From the human T2T-CHM13v2.0 reference genome, Homo sapiens: DNA of 64,000 nucleotides. A program made the translations under genes and the position numbers. Location of the stretch: the NCBI RefSeq assembly GCF_009914755.1, contig NC_060928.1; one strand, given 5' to 3'. Shown one piece after another: positions 26,929 through 39,150 of the stretch (the stretch's first letter is position 1; each line of letters begins with the position of its first letter). Under the pieces are notes generated by a model, which saw only the letters and a list, made by a program, of their open reading frames with translations, had not been told where the DNA came from and ran no database searches.

Positions 26929-27309
26929 CTAAAAAAAGACAGCAAAGGAAAGGGCAGCAGCAAATGAGAACATAATATAGTCTGAGTGGGATGGGAAGAG
27001 AAGAAAAGGCCTCCCTGATCAGGTGACATTTAAGCTGAGACTTGAAGGGTGAGGAGGAACAGGCCAGGTGAAAAGGTGAGAGAACCATCTAGATAGATAG
27101 TAGAACACATATGAAGGGTGTGTGGTAGAAAATCCTCCGGAATAGACCCAACTGACGTAAGCCAGATGGGGAGAGGGAGAGGGAGAAGGAGCGTGGAGTC
27201 AGGGCTACAGCATAAGCCAGGCTTATAAAGAATGTAGGCTCTGCTTTTGAGAACAGTGGCGCAGCTACTGAAGGGTCTCACACTACAAAATGACTGAATC
27301 AGAGGGTGG

Positions 27310-27760
27310 AGGGTGTTCCCTAAACATTCCAGGCACACTCCCACCTCAGGACCTTTACATGTGTTGGTTGTCTCCTCCTTCTGGAATGTTCTTTCCCCAG
27401 ATAGCTGCATCAATGCATCCCTTACTTCTTTTAGGTGTTTACTCCATGTTGCCCTCTTAATGAGGCCTTCCCTAATCCTTCTTTATAAACTGTCCCCTCC
27501 CTGACATTTTCTATCCCACTTCCCTTCTTCCTTCCCCGTAAAGATACTTACCCCACTCTAACATTCCATATATTTTGTGTAATTATTTCTTTTCTTGCCT
27601 GTCTCTCCCCTCTAAAAACGTAAGTTCCACAAAGGCAAGGACTTCTGTTTGTTCACTGCTGTATCCCCATCATCAAGAGCAATGCCTAGCATTTTTAATA
27701 GGCTGATCAATTAATAAATCAGTAATAAATACTTTTGAATGAACTGAACCAATGAATGAG
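27310..27760 (+). mobile_element. L2 3' end
   Basis: ttctggaatgttctttccccagat, gttcactgctgtatcccca and the gaatgaa tail. Confidence 0.75.
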
Positions 27761-30021
27761 CCTGAGTTGGAGAATATGCTTGATACACAGCTACGACTGT
27801 GCTCCCTAGTAAGTTCCTCCTAAACCGATTTTTCCCCCCACCCCAAGACAGGTAGGCATCCCCCTCCCAAAGCCTTCTCTAGGAAACTTAAGGCACAAAC
27901 AAACAGGGAATACATCCATCCTGAGGACAGGCCCTTCTAAAAAAGAAAGGGGTAAGATGAGCACGAAGTCCTTCTCACTCCCAATCACCAGATAAGCATC
28001 CTCTCCTCCCTTGGAGTCACCCCTATCCCACGGCCCCTACCCCACTTCCATATTTTCTAAGGAAGAGTTGGAAAAAGAAATCCCACAGCCTCCAGCCTCC
28101 TAGGGAATAGATGATCCTCTCTCAGTGGAACTTGAAGAGTGACATGGAATTAGTTCCTTATTCCAATGCTCCTTAGGATCTTGTTCTATTAGTTACTTAG
28201 GCTTGGGATGGCAACCATGAGAGAATGGACTCTGTCCGAGGGAAGACCCAACAGTGACACAAAGGCGCTAAGCCAGCAAGCTCGATCCCCTCTCCCCAAC
28301 CCCAGCCCACCTCCAACACCAGATGAATGGCTCCCCTCTGGGGAGGAGCCAGAGTGGCAAGCAGAGGGGCCAAAGCCTTAGGTTCATCCCTACTAGGAAC
28401 CTTCTCATCGGAAATAGAGGCTAACGGGGTCAGGGACAAATGAGTCAGAAAGGTACCAACTCAGTGAATATGTACCCTGCAGACAGAACAGACCTAGAAA
28501 TGACTAGTTCCAAGAACATTCGATTAACATCCTCCTACTCTATATTTTGATTTAATGGAAACTCAGCTCAGTGAAATTGAAAAGGTCTAAAGGTTAATTT
28601 GATAAAACTGATTATTTAATTAAAAGGTAATGTTCCTTTAGGAAACATTATATATATACATTAACCTTCTAAATTGAAAATTGACAGTATGGTTATTCTA
28701 TTAGTAAGAACAACAGAAACCAAGGAAGTTTTTTCTCCCAGATTGTTTTGTTGCCAGGATATTGTGGAAAAAGTCCATCTACCAGAAGTGGAGACATTAT
28801 TTTTAATTAAAATCATTCAGAGATCTAGCCACAGGCTATCTAGGTTACACGCTGTTCTGCTCTAGTAAAATGTCATTATTAAAAAAAAATTAAATGGGTC
28901 AATAAAGTCTGAGCTCTACATTCTGGAAAAAATTACAGCTTCCTAATTATGTCAAACTAACAAAGCCTCATAGGTCTGAAGGCAGTATTTCTACACATAT
29001 TCTTTCAATTCCATGATCATACTCCACATAAAATGTTCCTAGGAGCAGGCCAAGGCTAGCACATTGCACTGGGAGGGCAGAAGAGTAAAAAAGAAAGGCT
29101 TTAAGCAGTCTACCACCTTTGGGAGGGAGAACTTGATGAGAGACAATAAGGGTGGTCTTTCTCCACCTGGACAGAACCTGGGCTACCGGGGGGAATGCTT
29201 ATTCCCTAATCCTCATGTTTCTGTGGGAACCAACTTCCCCAAATGACACCTTGCCTCCTCCCAGAGCCTCCTCCCTCTGGCCCCCTCGCAGAAAGCATGG
29301 GGTGTGCATATAGTCACCACACCTTTCTCTCCTCTCTTTTACCTACTTAGAGACAGCAGAGGTTCCGCTCTGTTCCTCTCTCTCCTATGTTGCAAAGGGG
29401 CCTGTCCCTGCTGTCTGTGCTCCAGGGGCTGCGGCTGCGCAGTGGCACTAATGCCTGAGTGTGTCTAATTCAAGAGCAGAGTATCAACAAGGCCACCCGC
29501 CTGCAAACCAAAGCTTTGTTTGCTGACCTAGATTTTACCAATGATAAAGCTGATATGACACGTGGGTCTCCACTGTGTTGATCTGACTCCTGCCTCCATT
29601 TCTTTCTTTCTCCCTCCTCCCAGCTCTCTGGCAGGAAACAGAGGTGGGTTTTGTCTTGTTCAATAACCAACACCCTCCAACCCCCTGCAACTGCAGCATA
29701 GGTCAAATGGGGTTCCAATTCAATTATCATTCACCAGGAGACTTCTATGTGTCAGGAACTCTCATACCCACCTAATTTAATCCTCACGAGAACATCATCC
29801 ACATTTTATAAAAAAGAAAACTAGCACAAAGGCAAGTTATATTCATTCACATGATAAATACATGGCAGGATTGGGACTGGAACTTAGGTGTGACTGACCC
29901 CAAAGCCCATGCTCTTTCACAGGGACCAAAACAGGGGGTGGAGTAGAATTCAGTGTGCATGAGTTGGCAATGAACAACTGGCCTCGGGAAAATGAGTAAA
30001 AGATAAAAGACTGAGTTTCTA

Positions 30022-30144
30022 GCTGGGTATCATGTCATATGCCTATAGTCCCAACTACTCAGGAGGCTGAGGCAGGAGGATCACTTGAGCCCAGGATTTT
30101 GAAGCTAACCTGGACAACATAGCAAAACCACCTTAAAAAAAAAA
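30022..30144 (+). mobile_element. FLAM_A-like Alu monomer
   Basis: Single monomer with A tail; TSD aaaagactgagtttcta at 30005-30021 and 30145-30161. Confidence 0.85.
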
Positions 30145-30584
30145 AAAAGACTGAGTTTCTAGAATGAGGCGATGTACCTAACAAAATGAAGAATGCCTCG
30201 GGGACAACAGTTCTATCTTCTGAAGTTATCTGCCCTTAAGTGGCAGAGCTGGCACTGGCCCCTAGGGAACCCAATCCTCAGTCCTAGCATTTGCTGCCCT
30301 TGTAGCTGGGAAAGGGGAAGGCTTAGGCCCTTCTTTACTGTACTAAGATGAGAATCCATGCTGCAGTAGTCTGGGAACACTGAAAAACAGTGTGCAGGAG
30401 CCTCCTTTTGCTGTTTGAGTATAATAACTGCCTTAACATCACTATTACATCGAAAGCTTAAAACAACTGCAAAGTTGCAGAAGAACACCCGGATGCCACT
30501 GTGTTGTTCTTTTCACATTGCATTTGAATCATACTGTCTGCTTTGAACCTCTCAACTGCTTCCTGAGTGAGTATCCCTCCCACT

Positions 30585-30893
30585 GTTGGCTTTGCAAATT
30601 TTTTCTGAAAAGGGCCAGAGAGTAAACATGTTAGACTTTGTGGGCCTTGTAGCCCATCACAGCTACTCAACTCTGCTGTTGCAGCATAAAAACAGCCCTA
30701 GACAATATGTAAACAAATGAACGTGGCTGTGTGCCAATAAAACTTTATTATGGGCACTGAAACTTGAATTTCACATAATGTTCACATGTGATAAAATATC
30801 CTTATTACTTTTTCCCCAACATTAAAATATGTAACTACATTTAAAAGTATATTTAAAATGTAGATTTGGCCTGTGGCTGTTATTTGCTGACCT
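30585..30893 (+). mobile_element. MER58B-like hAT-Charlie element
   Basis: aaagggccagagagtaaa, actcaactctgctgttgcagc, ggctgtgtgccaataaaactttatt, tttgctgacctg. Confidence 0.75.
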
Positions 30894-32073
30894 GTAGCAT
30901 TAGAGGAAGACACTGAGTTTCACAGATTCACATGGTTCGTAAGGAGTGGTGTGAATCAAACCAACACTCTAAGCATTTACTTTGCTGGATTTCTTTTCAA
31001 GGAAAAGGGAAGTTAATAAGTGATTTGTATGAAAGATATTTACAACCACCTCGTCAACCTAACTTGTCAGATACTAAAGAAAGAAGCTACAAATTGAGAG
31101 CTTTATACAAGTTTTGTAAAGTTTTACAAAATCACTGTAGCTTCCATTTTTTACAGCCTATCAAATCAGTATTTGATACACATACACACCTTTAGAAATA
31201 AAATTGACACTGCGATCTAGTGTTAACCAACTATTTTTAACTCAGAGCTTAAAAACAAGGTTTTCTTGGTACTATGCATCGGAATAATTATTTTAGTATA
31301 TTCCAAAATAATGCAAATGAAGTGCATTTAAAAGCATAAAATTGCCTATGGATGTTAAGTGCAAGTAGACAAAGCATCAAGGATTATTTAAAATTCAACT
31401 AGGGTATAATTATTTTTCTCTATTGGAGAATTTATAAGAAGTATTTCCATTTTTGCATATATTGACAAAGTTAAAAAAAAGCAGGATTTATTTTATATTC
31501 TCTATCTTTGTGACAGGAATGCTTCTGAAAGGCAACCACCCCTCGTTTTATAAAGATGAAATCCTAAAAAGATGCTCCTAATGATGTTATCTTATCTGTC
31601 AAATCCAACTTTTTCATTAATTTACATAATACATTTGAAGATGAGTCCTACGGTAAAATGCCATCCTAAAGCCAGTGCAAATGGAGCTAGGGGAAGAGAC
31701 GAGACAAGACACCTGTACTCCCACTGTCTATGGAGAGCTGGAGTCTATTCCAGAAAGCGTTTTAGAAGTGTTGCTTATAATGTTTTTTTCTCTTTTTCTT
31801 TCCAAATGGAATTTTCGATGACTTGCATCATTCCTTCATCTGCTCGATAAATATTTAGTGTGTGAGAAACTATCTTTTTCATCTCTGCATGTTTCACTAC
31901 AGGACAGACGCTGTCTGCAGGGTGTATGCACGTGCCAACCCCTTTGCATTTGGATTCCCTTCCCTCCTTCTTGCTTTACCTAGGTAACTCGTACTCCTTC
32001 AGAGCTCAGCTCAAATGTCACTTCTTTAAGGACACTTTCTCTGACAAGGCTAAATTCCTCAAAAGCTACCTGT

Positions 32074-33222
32074 TTGCAGTAGTTTCAAAGAACTTCTTGA
32101 TTTCTGCCTTAATTTCATTATTTACCCAAGAGTCATTCAGGAACAGGTTGTTTGATTTCCATGCAGTTGTATACCTGTGGGGTCAGTGGTGACATCCCTC
32201 TTAACATTTCTAACTGTGTTTATTTAAATCTTCTCTCTTTTCTTCTTTATTAGTCTAGCTAACAGTCTATCTCATTAATTTTTTGCAAAAACCTGGATTT
32301 TTCCAAAAAAGTGGCTCCTGGATTCATTGATTTTTTCGAAGCGTTTTTTTTTTTGTGTGTGTCTCTATCTCCTTTAGTTCAGCTCTGATCTTGGTTATTT
32401 CTTGTCTTCTGCTAGCTTTGGGGTTTGTTTGCTCTTGGCTCTTGTTCTTTTAGTTTTGATGTTAGGTGTTAACTCGAGATCTTTTTAGCTTTTTGATGTG
32501 GGCATTTAGTGCTATAAATTTCCCTTTTAACACTGTGTTAGCTGCATCCCAGAGATTCTGGTAAGTTTTATCTTTGTTCTGTTGGTGGGAGCATAAATTA
32601 GTTCAACCACTGTGGAAGACAGTGTGGCGATTCCTCAAAGACCTAGAGGCAAAAATACCATTTGACCCAGCAATCCCATTACTGGGTATCTACCCAAAGG
32701 GATACAAATCATTCTATTATAAAGACACATGGACAAGTACTTGTATGTTCATCACTGCATTATTCACAATAGCAAAGACATGGAATCAACCTAAATGCCC
32801 ATCAATGAATGATAGACTGGATCAAGAAAATGTGGAACATATACATCATGGAATACTATGCAGCCATAAAAAGGAATGAGATGATGTCCTTTGCAGGGAC
32901 ATGGATGGAGCTGGAATCCATTATCCTCAGCAAACTAACGTAAGAACAGAAAACCAAATACCACATGTTCTCACTTATAAATGGGAGCTGAATTATGGGA
33001 ACGCATGGACATGAGGCGGTGGGGAACAATACAAACTGGGGCCTGTTGGAGGATCAGGGGTGGGAGAAGGGAGAGCATCAGGAAGAATAGCTAATGGATG
33101 CTGGGTTTAATACCTGGGTGATGGGATGATCTGTGCAGCAAACCACCATGGCACACATTTACCTATGTAACAAACCTGCACATCCTACACATGTACCCAG
33201 GAACTTAAAAGTTGGAAAAATA
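32074..33222 (+). mobile_element. L1PA (PA13-16-like) 3' end with inverted, rearranged 5' segment
   Basis: 32581-33222 is the sense ORF2 C-terminus (ORF 32574..32879 [16 protein letters not shown]) plus 3' UTR; 32078-32580 is antisense ORF2. TSD aaaagcta[c/t]ctgt at 32061-32073 and 33223-33235. Confidence 0.9.
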
Positions 33223-34165
33223 AAAAGCTATCTGTACTGTTTTTGCAGTACCTATCATATCTGCAATGTTACCTGTTGACATGAATACCTTAGCAGCTCC
33301 ATGAAGGCAGGGACAACCATGTTTGTGTTTGTTCACTATTTTATACTCCATGCCTGGCATAGTCTATGGCACATGGTAGGCACTCAATAAATAACTGCAG
33401 AATGAATAAGCTGATTAATGAATCAAATTGATCAAATCATGGCACTATAAACATGCAGAGATGAGTAGGACACAGTTTTTCACCTCAAGAAATGTGGTAG
33501 AAGTGATTACGAACAAATTACTCTTCTACCAGGCACATGTGAAAAGTACCATAAGAAAAGCACAGAAAAAGAGCTGTCAGTATTCAGAGGCAGGAGAGAT
33601 GGCTTTCAGATAGGAAGGCAGGGCCAGGGCAGGCTCTACCGAGAAGGTGGTGGTGATAAATGGGTCTCTCAGGATGGAAGCATGTGAACATGTGACATGT
33701 GTGGATTGGAGTGAAGAGCAACAGGCCAACCTGATAGTGTGAGTAGAGGCCTGGAGGCAGAACAAATGTTAATTCTGAATGCAGCTGTAGGGCACATGAA
33801 GGAAAGGGGTAGGATGGAAAAGTGGGTGAGGGTAATGAAAAGTCTTGCTTATCTAAGAAGTATGGATGGGCCACATCCTGCAGGCAGAGAAGGGATTTGA
33901 AGAGGGAAGCACGTGATTCCATCTACGATGATAAGGACTACACCTGTGCCTTCCAGACAGACCAGGAGAGGAAGGGACAAAGAGCAGGGAGTTGAGAACA
34001 AAGAGATCAGGCAAGTGACAAAGGCTGCACTGAAGCACTCTAGAGCGGATGGGAGGAGCGGGCAGCATGCATGGGAATGGTGCTGCTCACAGGTGCTGGG
34101 CGAGCAGGACAGTGGCAATGGGGACTGGGAGAAGCCTGTGCCTATGACATGCATTTAGGAACAAC

Positions 34166-34900
34166 TGTAATTGCCCAACAGGTTCATCTTGCCCACCGCC
34201 CAGATAGAGCTGATTTATCAAGACAGGGGAACTACAATAGAGAAAGAGTTAAATATACATAGAGCTGTCTAAAAGGGAGACTGGGGTTTTATTATTACTC
34301 AAATCAGCCTCCCTGAAGATTTGGAGGCTCGATTTTTAAAAGCCAGTTTGGTGGGCAGGGGGCTAGGGAATGGGGAATGCTGACTGGTTGGATTAAGGAT
34401 GAAATCCTAGGGAGTCGAAGCTGTCCTCTTGCACAGAGTCAGTTTCTGGGTGGGGGCCATAAGACCAGATGAGCCAGTGTCCTGGTCTGCATGGTGCCAG
34501 CTGATCCATCAAAATGTGGGGTCTGAAAATACCTCTAACATCAATCTTAGGTTTTATAGCAGTAATGTTATCTATAGGAGCAAATGGGGAGGTTAGCAGT
34601 CTTCTGGCCTCTGGCTACATGACTCCTGAGCCATAATTTCTAATCTCGTGGCTAATTTGTTGGTTTTACAAAGGTGGCCTTGTCCCCAAGCAAGAAGGGC
34701 GTTTGTTTCCAAGAGGGGCTGTTATCACATTTGTTTCAAAGTTAAACTATAAATTAACTTCCTCCCAAAGTTAGTTTGGCCTACGACTAGTAATGATCAA
34801 GGGCATCTGGGAGGTTAAAGGCAAGATGGAGTTGATTAGGTCAGATCTCGTTCGCTGTCATAACTTTCTCACTGTTACAACCTTTGCAAAGGTGGTTTCA
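34166..34900 (-). mobile_element. LTR8/LTR8A solo LTR (ERV1)
   Basis: Reverse complement starts tgaaaccacctttgcaaa...actccatcttgcc...ctaactttgggagg; TG..CA ends; flanks caac/ctac. Confidence 0.85.
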
Positions 34901-35514
34901 CTACTGGCATACTGGTGAGAGAGGAAGCCACAGTAGGTGGTAAGAATGTGTGGTGGGCAAGGGCAAGGATTCCATGGCCAGCCCTGGCTCAGAGCTCACC
35001 AGCTGTGATCTTCAGGTTATGCCATCGCTATGCTTTCATTGCCTGCCTGCCACACAGGCTTAACAGCAGTGCCTTCCTCATAGGGTTGATGTGAGGAACA
35101 AATGAGATAAAATATGAATAACTGGTGCTTATCAGAGTACCTAACACAGAATAAACATTCAGGATGGAAAGATAAGGTGGGCATGGGGGGTGGGTGGGAG
35201 GGTAGCTAGGGAGGTAGATAGAACTTTTTTTCTAAGCAAAGTAGAGACAAAGAAAAGAAAAGGGCCTGAAACAGAGCCCCGGAGTTCTTATGGGATAGAT
35301 GAAGGACAAAGAGGCAAAAATGAGTGGTGAGAGGAGCCAAAAAAATACTGTAATGGAAGTCAAGGGAATAGGAAATTTCAAGAAACTGATGATGGTCAAC
35401 AGGATCAAAGGCTGTGGCAAAGTAGAAGAGCTGAGAAAAAACCATCAAGGCGCTTAACATCATTCTCATTAGAGAAGGACACACTTCAAGTACAGTGACT
35501 TGCCATTTCACATT

Positions 35515-36035
35515 TGTCACTGGAATTAGACAGGCTAGCCTGAAAGTGCACTTTAAAACTTTTTATTCCTTTTTCTCTTTTCTCCCTAGTCTCAAGATGT
35601 AATCCTAAGGCTTACTGCAGAAACCCTTTTTTTTCCTCCTTAGTCTTAGAATACAGCCTTGAAACGTACTTTCTCTGAAACACCACGTCCCCTCCCTTTC
35701 TCACCATACATTCCCTTACACCATGCACATTTACCTAACTGTATGTATCTAATTATGTGCTTACCTGGAAGTTGCAGGGGCTAACTTGAAATAGACTGAG
35801 CACGGAGACCTAACTGCAAAATTCCAGAGATTACCTCAAGGCGGGTAGTCTACAACCCGGCCATTGCTGACATGTCGCCAGCCTGCGATGATAGCTATCA
35901 GAAAGAGACACACAGACCTAGTACGCAGCATCGCTCCTGCCTTCCCACTGCTTGCTCTGGAAATAAAGTCACCTTCCTTTCGTCCTTGTTATTGGCTTTG
36001 CAAGCGGTGAGCAGCCAAGCCTGGGCTCGGTTACA
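35515..36035 (+). mobile_element. MER4-group ERV1 solo LTR (LTR23/24/36-like)
   Basis: TG start, aaattccagagattacctcaagg, AATAAA, end ttattggctttgcaagcggtgagcagcc...cggttaca. Confidence 0.6.
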
Positions 36036-36639
36036 TTATCATGGTTAAAACTGAAAAGCCTATTTACACCAAATGTTGGCAAGGATAGGGAGCAATTATA
36101 ACTCGCATGCATTGCTACAAGGAGTGAAAAACCACTTTGGAAAATTGCTTGGTAGTTTATTTTAAGGCTGAGCATGCACCTACCATTTGTATGACCCACT
36201 AATTTCACCCCTAGGTATTTATTCAAAGGAAATAAATCAGTATGTCCACAAAGAGACTTGTAGAAGATGCTACTCACAAAGGCTTTATTCCTAATAGTCT
36301 CAAAGTGGAAACAGCCCCGTATTCTCTATTAGATAAATGGATAAGCAAACTATGGTAACGTCACACAATGGAATATTACAAATAATAAAGCAACAGAAAG
36401 GAACAAACTACTGGTATACACAACATGCAAGAACCTCAAAAACATGTGGAGTAAAAGAAGGTAGACACACCAGAGTGTGTACCATACAAGTCTATTTATA
36501 TTCCCCTTGAGGAAAAGCCACTGGATTTGGTGATTAGGAAGTCACAGATGAGCATTAGGAGAAAAATTTCAGAAAAGTGAGGGAAACCGAGCCATATGGT
36601 TGGCGCAGAGTAAAAGGTGAGGAAGCAGAGGTCACGTCA

Positions 36640-36825
36640 CCTGCAGTCCGTAGGCCAAGTCTAGCCTGCAGGCATGGCTCCCTATGGTCTGAGAACTAAG
36701 AATGGTTAAAGGTTTTTAAAGGTTGTAAAAAAAACAAAACAAAAAATATGTGACAGAAACCATATGTGGCCCACAGAACCTAAACTATACTACCTGGCTC
36801 TTATAGAAAGTTGGCTGATCCCTGA
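36640..36825. mobile_element. MER58C-like hAT element
   Basis: gaactaagaatggtt...aaaaaatatgtgacagaaaccatatgtggcccaca...gttggctgatccctg. Confidence 0.6.
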
Positions 36826-36904
36826 TTAGACTTTCTCCCCATGTTTGGCACTGACGTGAAATGAAGCCGACAGGGCCTGTTGGCTTAAGGAGCAAGCAAG
36901 GTCA

Positions 36905-37216
36905 AATGTATAAACTAAAAGGAAGAAAAGAACCGGATGACCAAAAATAGCTGGGAATCATGAATACAGCAGTACCTGAGAAGCGGTGTGAGGGATGAGA
37001 TAAAGGATGTGCTTGTACCGCTGAATGTATAAACTAAAGGGAAGAAAAGAGCCAGATGATGAAAACTGGCCAGGAATCATGAGCACAGCGGTACCTGAGA
37101 GGCGGTGTGAGTGATGACATAAAGGATGCACTCGCACCACTTCTCAGGTACTGCTGCATTCATGATTCCCAGCTATTTTTGGTCGTCTGGCTTTTTTCTT
37201 CCCTTTAGTTTATACA
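36905..37216. repeat. 119-bp tandem duplication followed by an inverted 88-bp third copy (long palindrome)
   Basis: Units begin aatgtataaactaaa at 36905 and 37024. 37129-37216 is the reverse complement of the first 88 nt of the unit, aligned without gaps. Confidence 0.95.
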
Positions 37217-37633
37217 CAAGTAGGACAGTATCCTTAAAAACAAAGAGAGGGGTTTCTCTATGACAGGTGGAAAGAAGGTGATGAGGTGAGGAGGAAACTG
37301 AGAGACCCTATTAGAGGTTCCAAACTTTACCGAGGAGTAGGCTCTGATGCCACCTCGATGGGGCCTTCCTGACTACTCTGTGTAAGAATCACAAGCTTTC
37401 CCAGCACTCCCGATCCCTGTTACCTTGGTTCTACTCTTCCTTTTCTTTCCATAGGACCTATGACCTAATGTACTATACACGTAGTGCTTGTCTTTGCCAG
37501 CCCACGAGAATGCAAACGCCATGAGGGCAGGAATATTTGTATTTTACCCCCAGATGTGCCCTAAGCATCTAGAATTCAATAAACCTGTGACGAACCAGGA
37601 AGTTTAATCTGAAGTGAGGGGTCAGGCTGCAGC

Positions 37634-37836
37634 AGGGGATCTCAATGTCAGCACCTCCTCAGTTTTGGGCCGGGTAAGTCCCTGTTGTGGAGAGTTGTCC
37701 TGAGTTGTGCACATTCTTGGCCTCTACCCACTAAATGCTAGCAATACTACTCTTCCTAGTTGGGAAAAACAAAAATGTCTCCAGACATTGCCAAATGTCC
37801 CCTGGGGTGCAAAATCACCACAGTTGAGTGCTGCTG
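37634..37836 (+). mobile_element. MER20 (hAT-Charlie)
   Basis: ggcctctacccactaaatgc, aaaaatgtctccagacattgccaaatgtcccctgggg. Confidence 0.85.
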
Positions 37837-37864
37837 GGCTAGTCATGGACTTTAGGACTAGGAG

Positions 37865-38430
37865 GAAATCATTCATTCAACAAGTATTTACTGAGTGCCA
37901 AATATGGGTGAGGAACTATGGAAACACGATGGAAACCTGACAAGGTCCTTGACCTCATGACATGTACAGCCTGGTGACAAAGACAGATAATAAACTGTAA
38001 TTATTAAATAATTACAAATTGTGTTTTGTTACTGAAGAAAATATACAGGGTGGAGAAACTAACTAACAGAAGAGACCTACTTTATAAAGGGTAGTGAGAG
38101 AAGGCCTCTGGGAAGAGGGACTATTAAGTTGAGCCTTTAAGTTTGAAAAGGAAACCACCATGGGAAGAGGAGGAACAGCATAGGCCTGGGCCCTGCACCA
38201 GGAAAGGGCATGGCACCTTTAAGGAAGGCTGGCATGGCTGGAGCACCGTCGTGGGAAGGCGGTGTTTGAAATAAGGCCAGGGGCTAGATCAGGAGTGGGG
38301 AGACCGCAGTGTAGAGGCTGGTATTAATGCTAATTCCAATGCAGTATTCATGGTGGGCTTACTCAGGTGGTGACATAATCCAATTAAAGTTTAAAAAAGA
38401 CTCTGGCTACTGAGTAGAAACTAGACTTAG
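37865..38430 (-). mobile_element. L2 3' region
   Basis: cattcattcaacaagtatttactgagtgcc start; gagagaaggcctctgggaagagg. Confidence 0.7.
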
Positions 38431-39082
38431 CCACCAGAAGGAATGTCAACATGAGTAACATTAGGGGATGAACAGAAGGATTCAGCAAAAGAGCCGTAAG
38501 AAATGAAGGCTATGCCAAAGTGGGTGTGTAGCTGCCTCTAGCAGGTGTCAAAAGCCTGGGAGAAGGACAAAAGAAGAAAATGGCCATCAGGACTGAGGAC
38601 TGGGAATTGGCGAGGGAGGCATGATCCAGCGACGTGAGGGTAAGGACTGAAATGTGCTCATGAGAACGTCACCAAACCAGCAAAACTGGTGTCACAGACT
38701 GGGACCGCAAGAGATGGGCAAAAATAGCTTAGCAGAGGCTTGAAAACTTTGTTCTTCCACAGGTTGAGGGCATACAAATACATGTGTCCCCAACTTCAAA
38801 TACAGCTCTGTAAGTACTCATGGAGTTTCATTTGACAGGAGATAATGGTACATAGAGAGATACAAATAGACTGGAAGATATTGCTGTTGTGATTTCATGA
38901 CTTTGAGGACATGAAGTACAGCAGAGCCTTTTGCTTTGAGGAGATTTTTCCACTGCCAAACTGGTCTTCCTCATTACAACTCTGAGTTATTAAGAAAAAG
39001 GTGAGGGCAAAAAGCGCAAAAGAAATATAGGTGTAGAAAAGAACACAGTCACCAAAGTCCTGGTAAAAAAATATGTACTTAC

Positions 39083-39150
39083 CTATAAGCATTAATATAA
39101 TCTTTCCTGTGTTCCAGAAGAAAATCTCTCAGTTTGCCAATGTGAGAAAT
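39083..39150 (-). CDS. STX18: Syntaxin 18 exon 2 (68 nt; ISHIGKLRDFLLEHRKDYINAY-S)
   Basis: Minus-strand translation matches the syntaxin-18 N-terminal region. Acceptor ttttag (ct at 39151-39152 on +), donor AG|gtaagt (acttac at 39077-39082). Phase 0-2. Not in the ORF track. Confidence 0.97.

Noticed and set aside
36905-37216. Repeat as a CRISPR-like array or known MITE
   Set aside because: Eukaryotic intron, only 2-3 long units and no unique spacers. The ends match no transposon terminal repeat I recognise and no TSD is evident.
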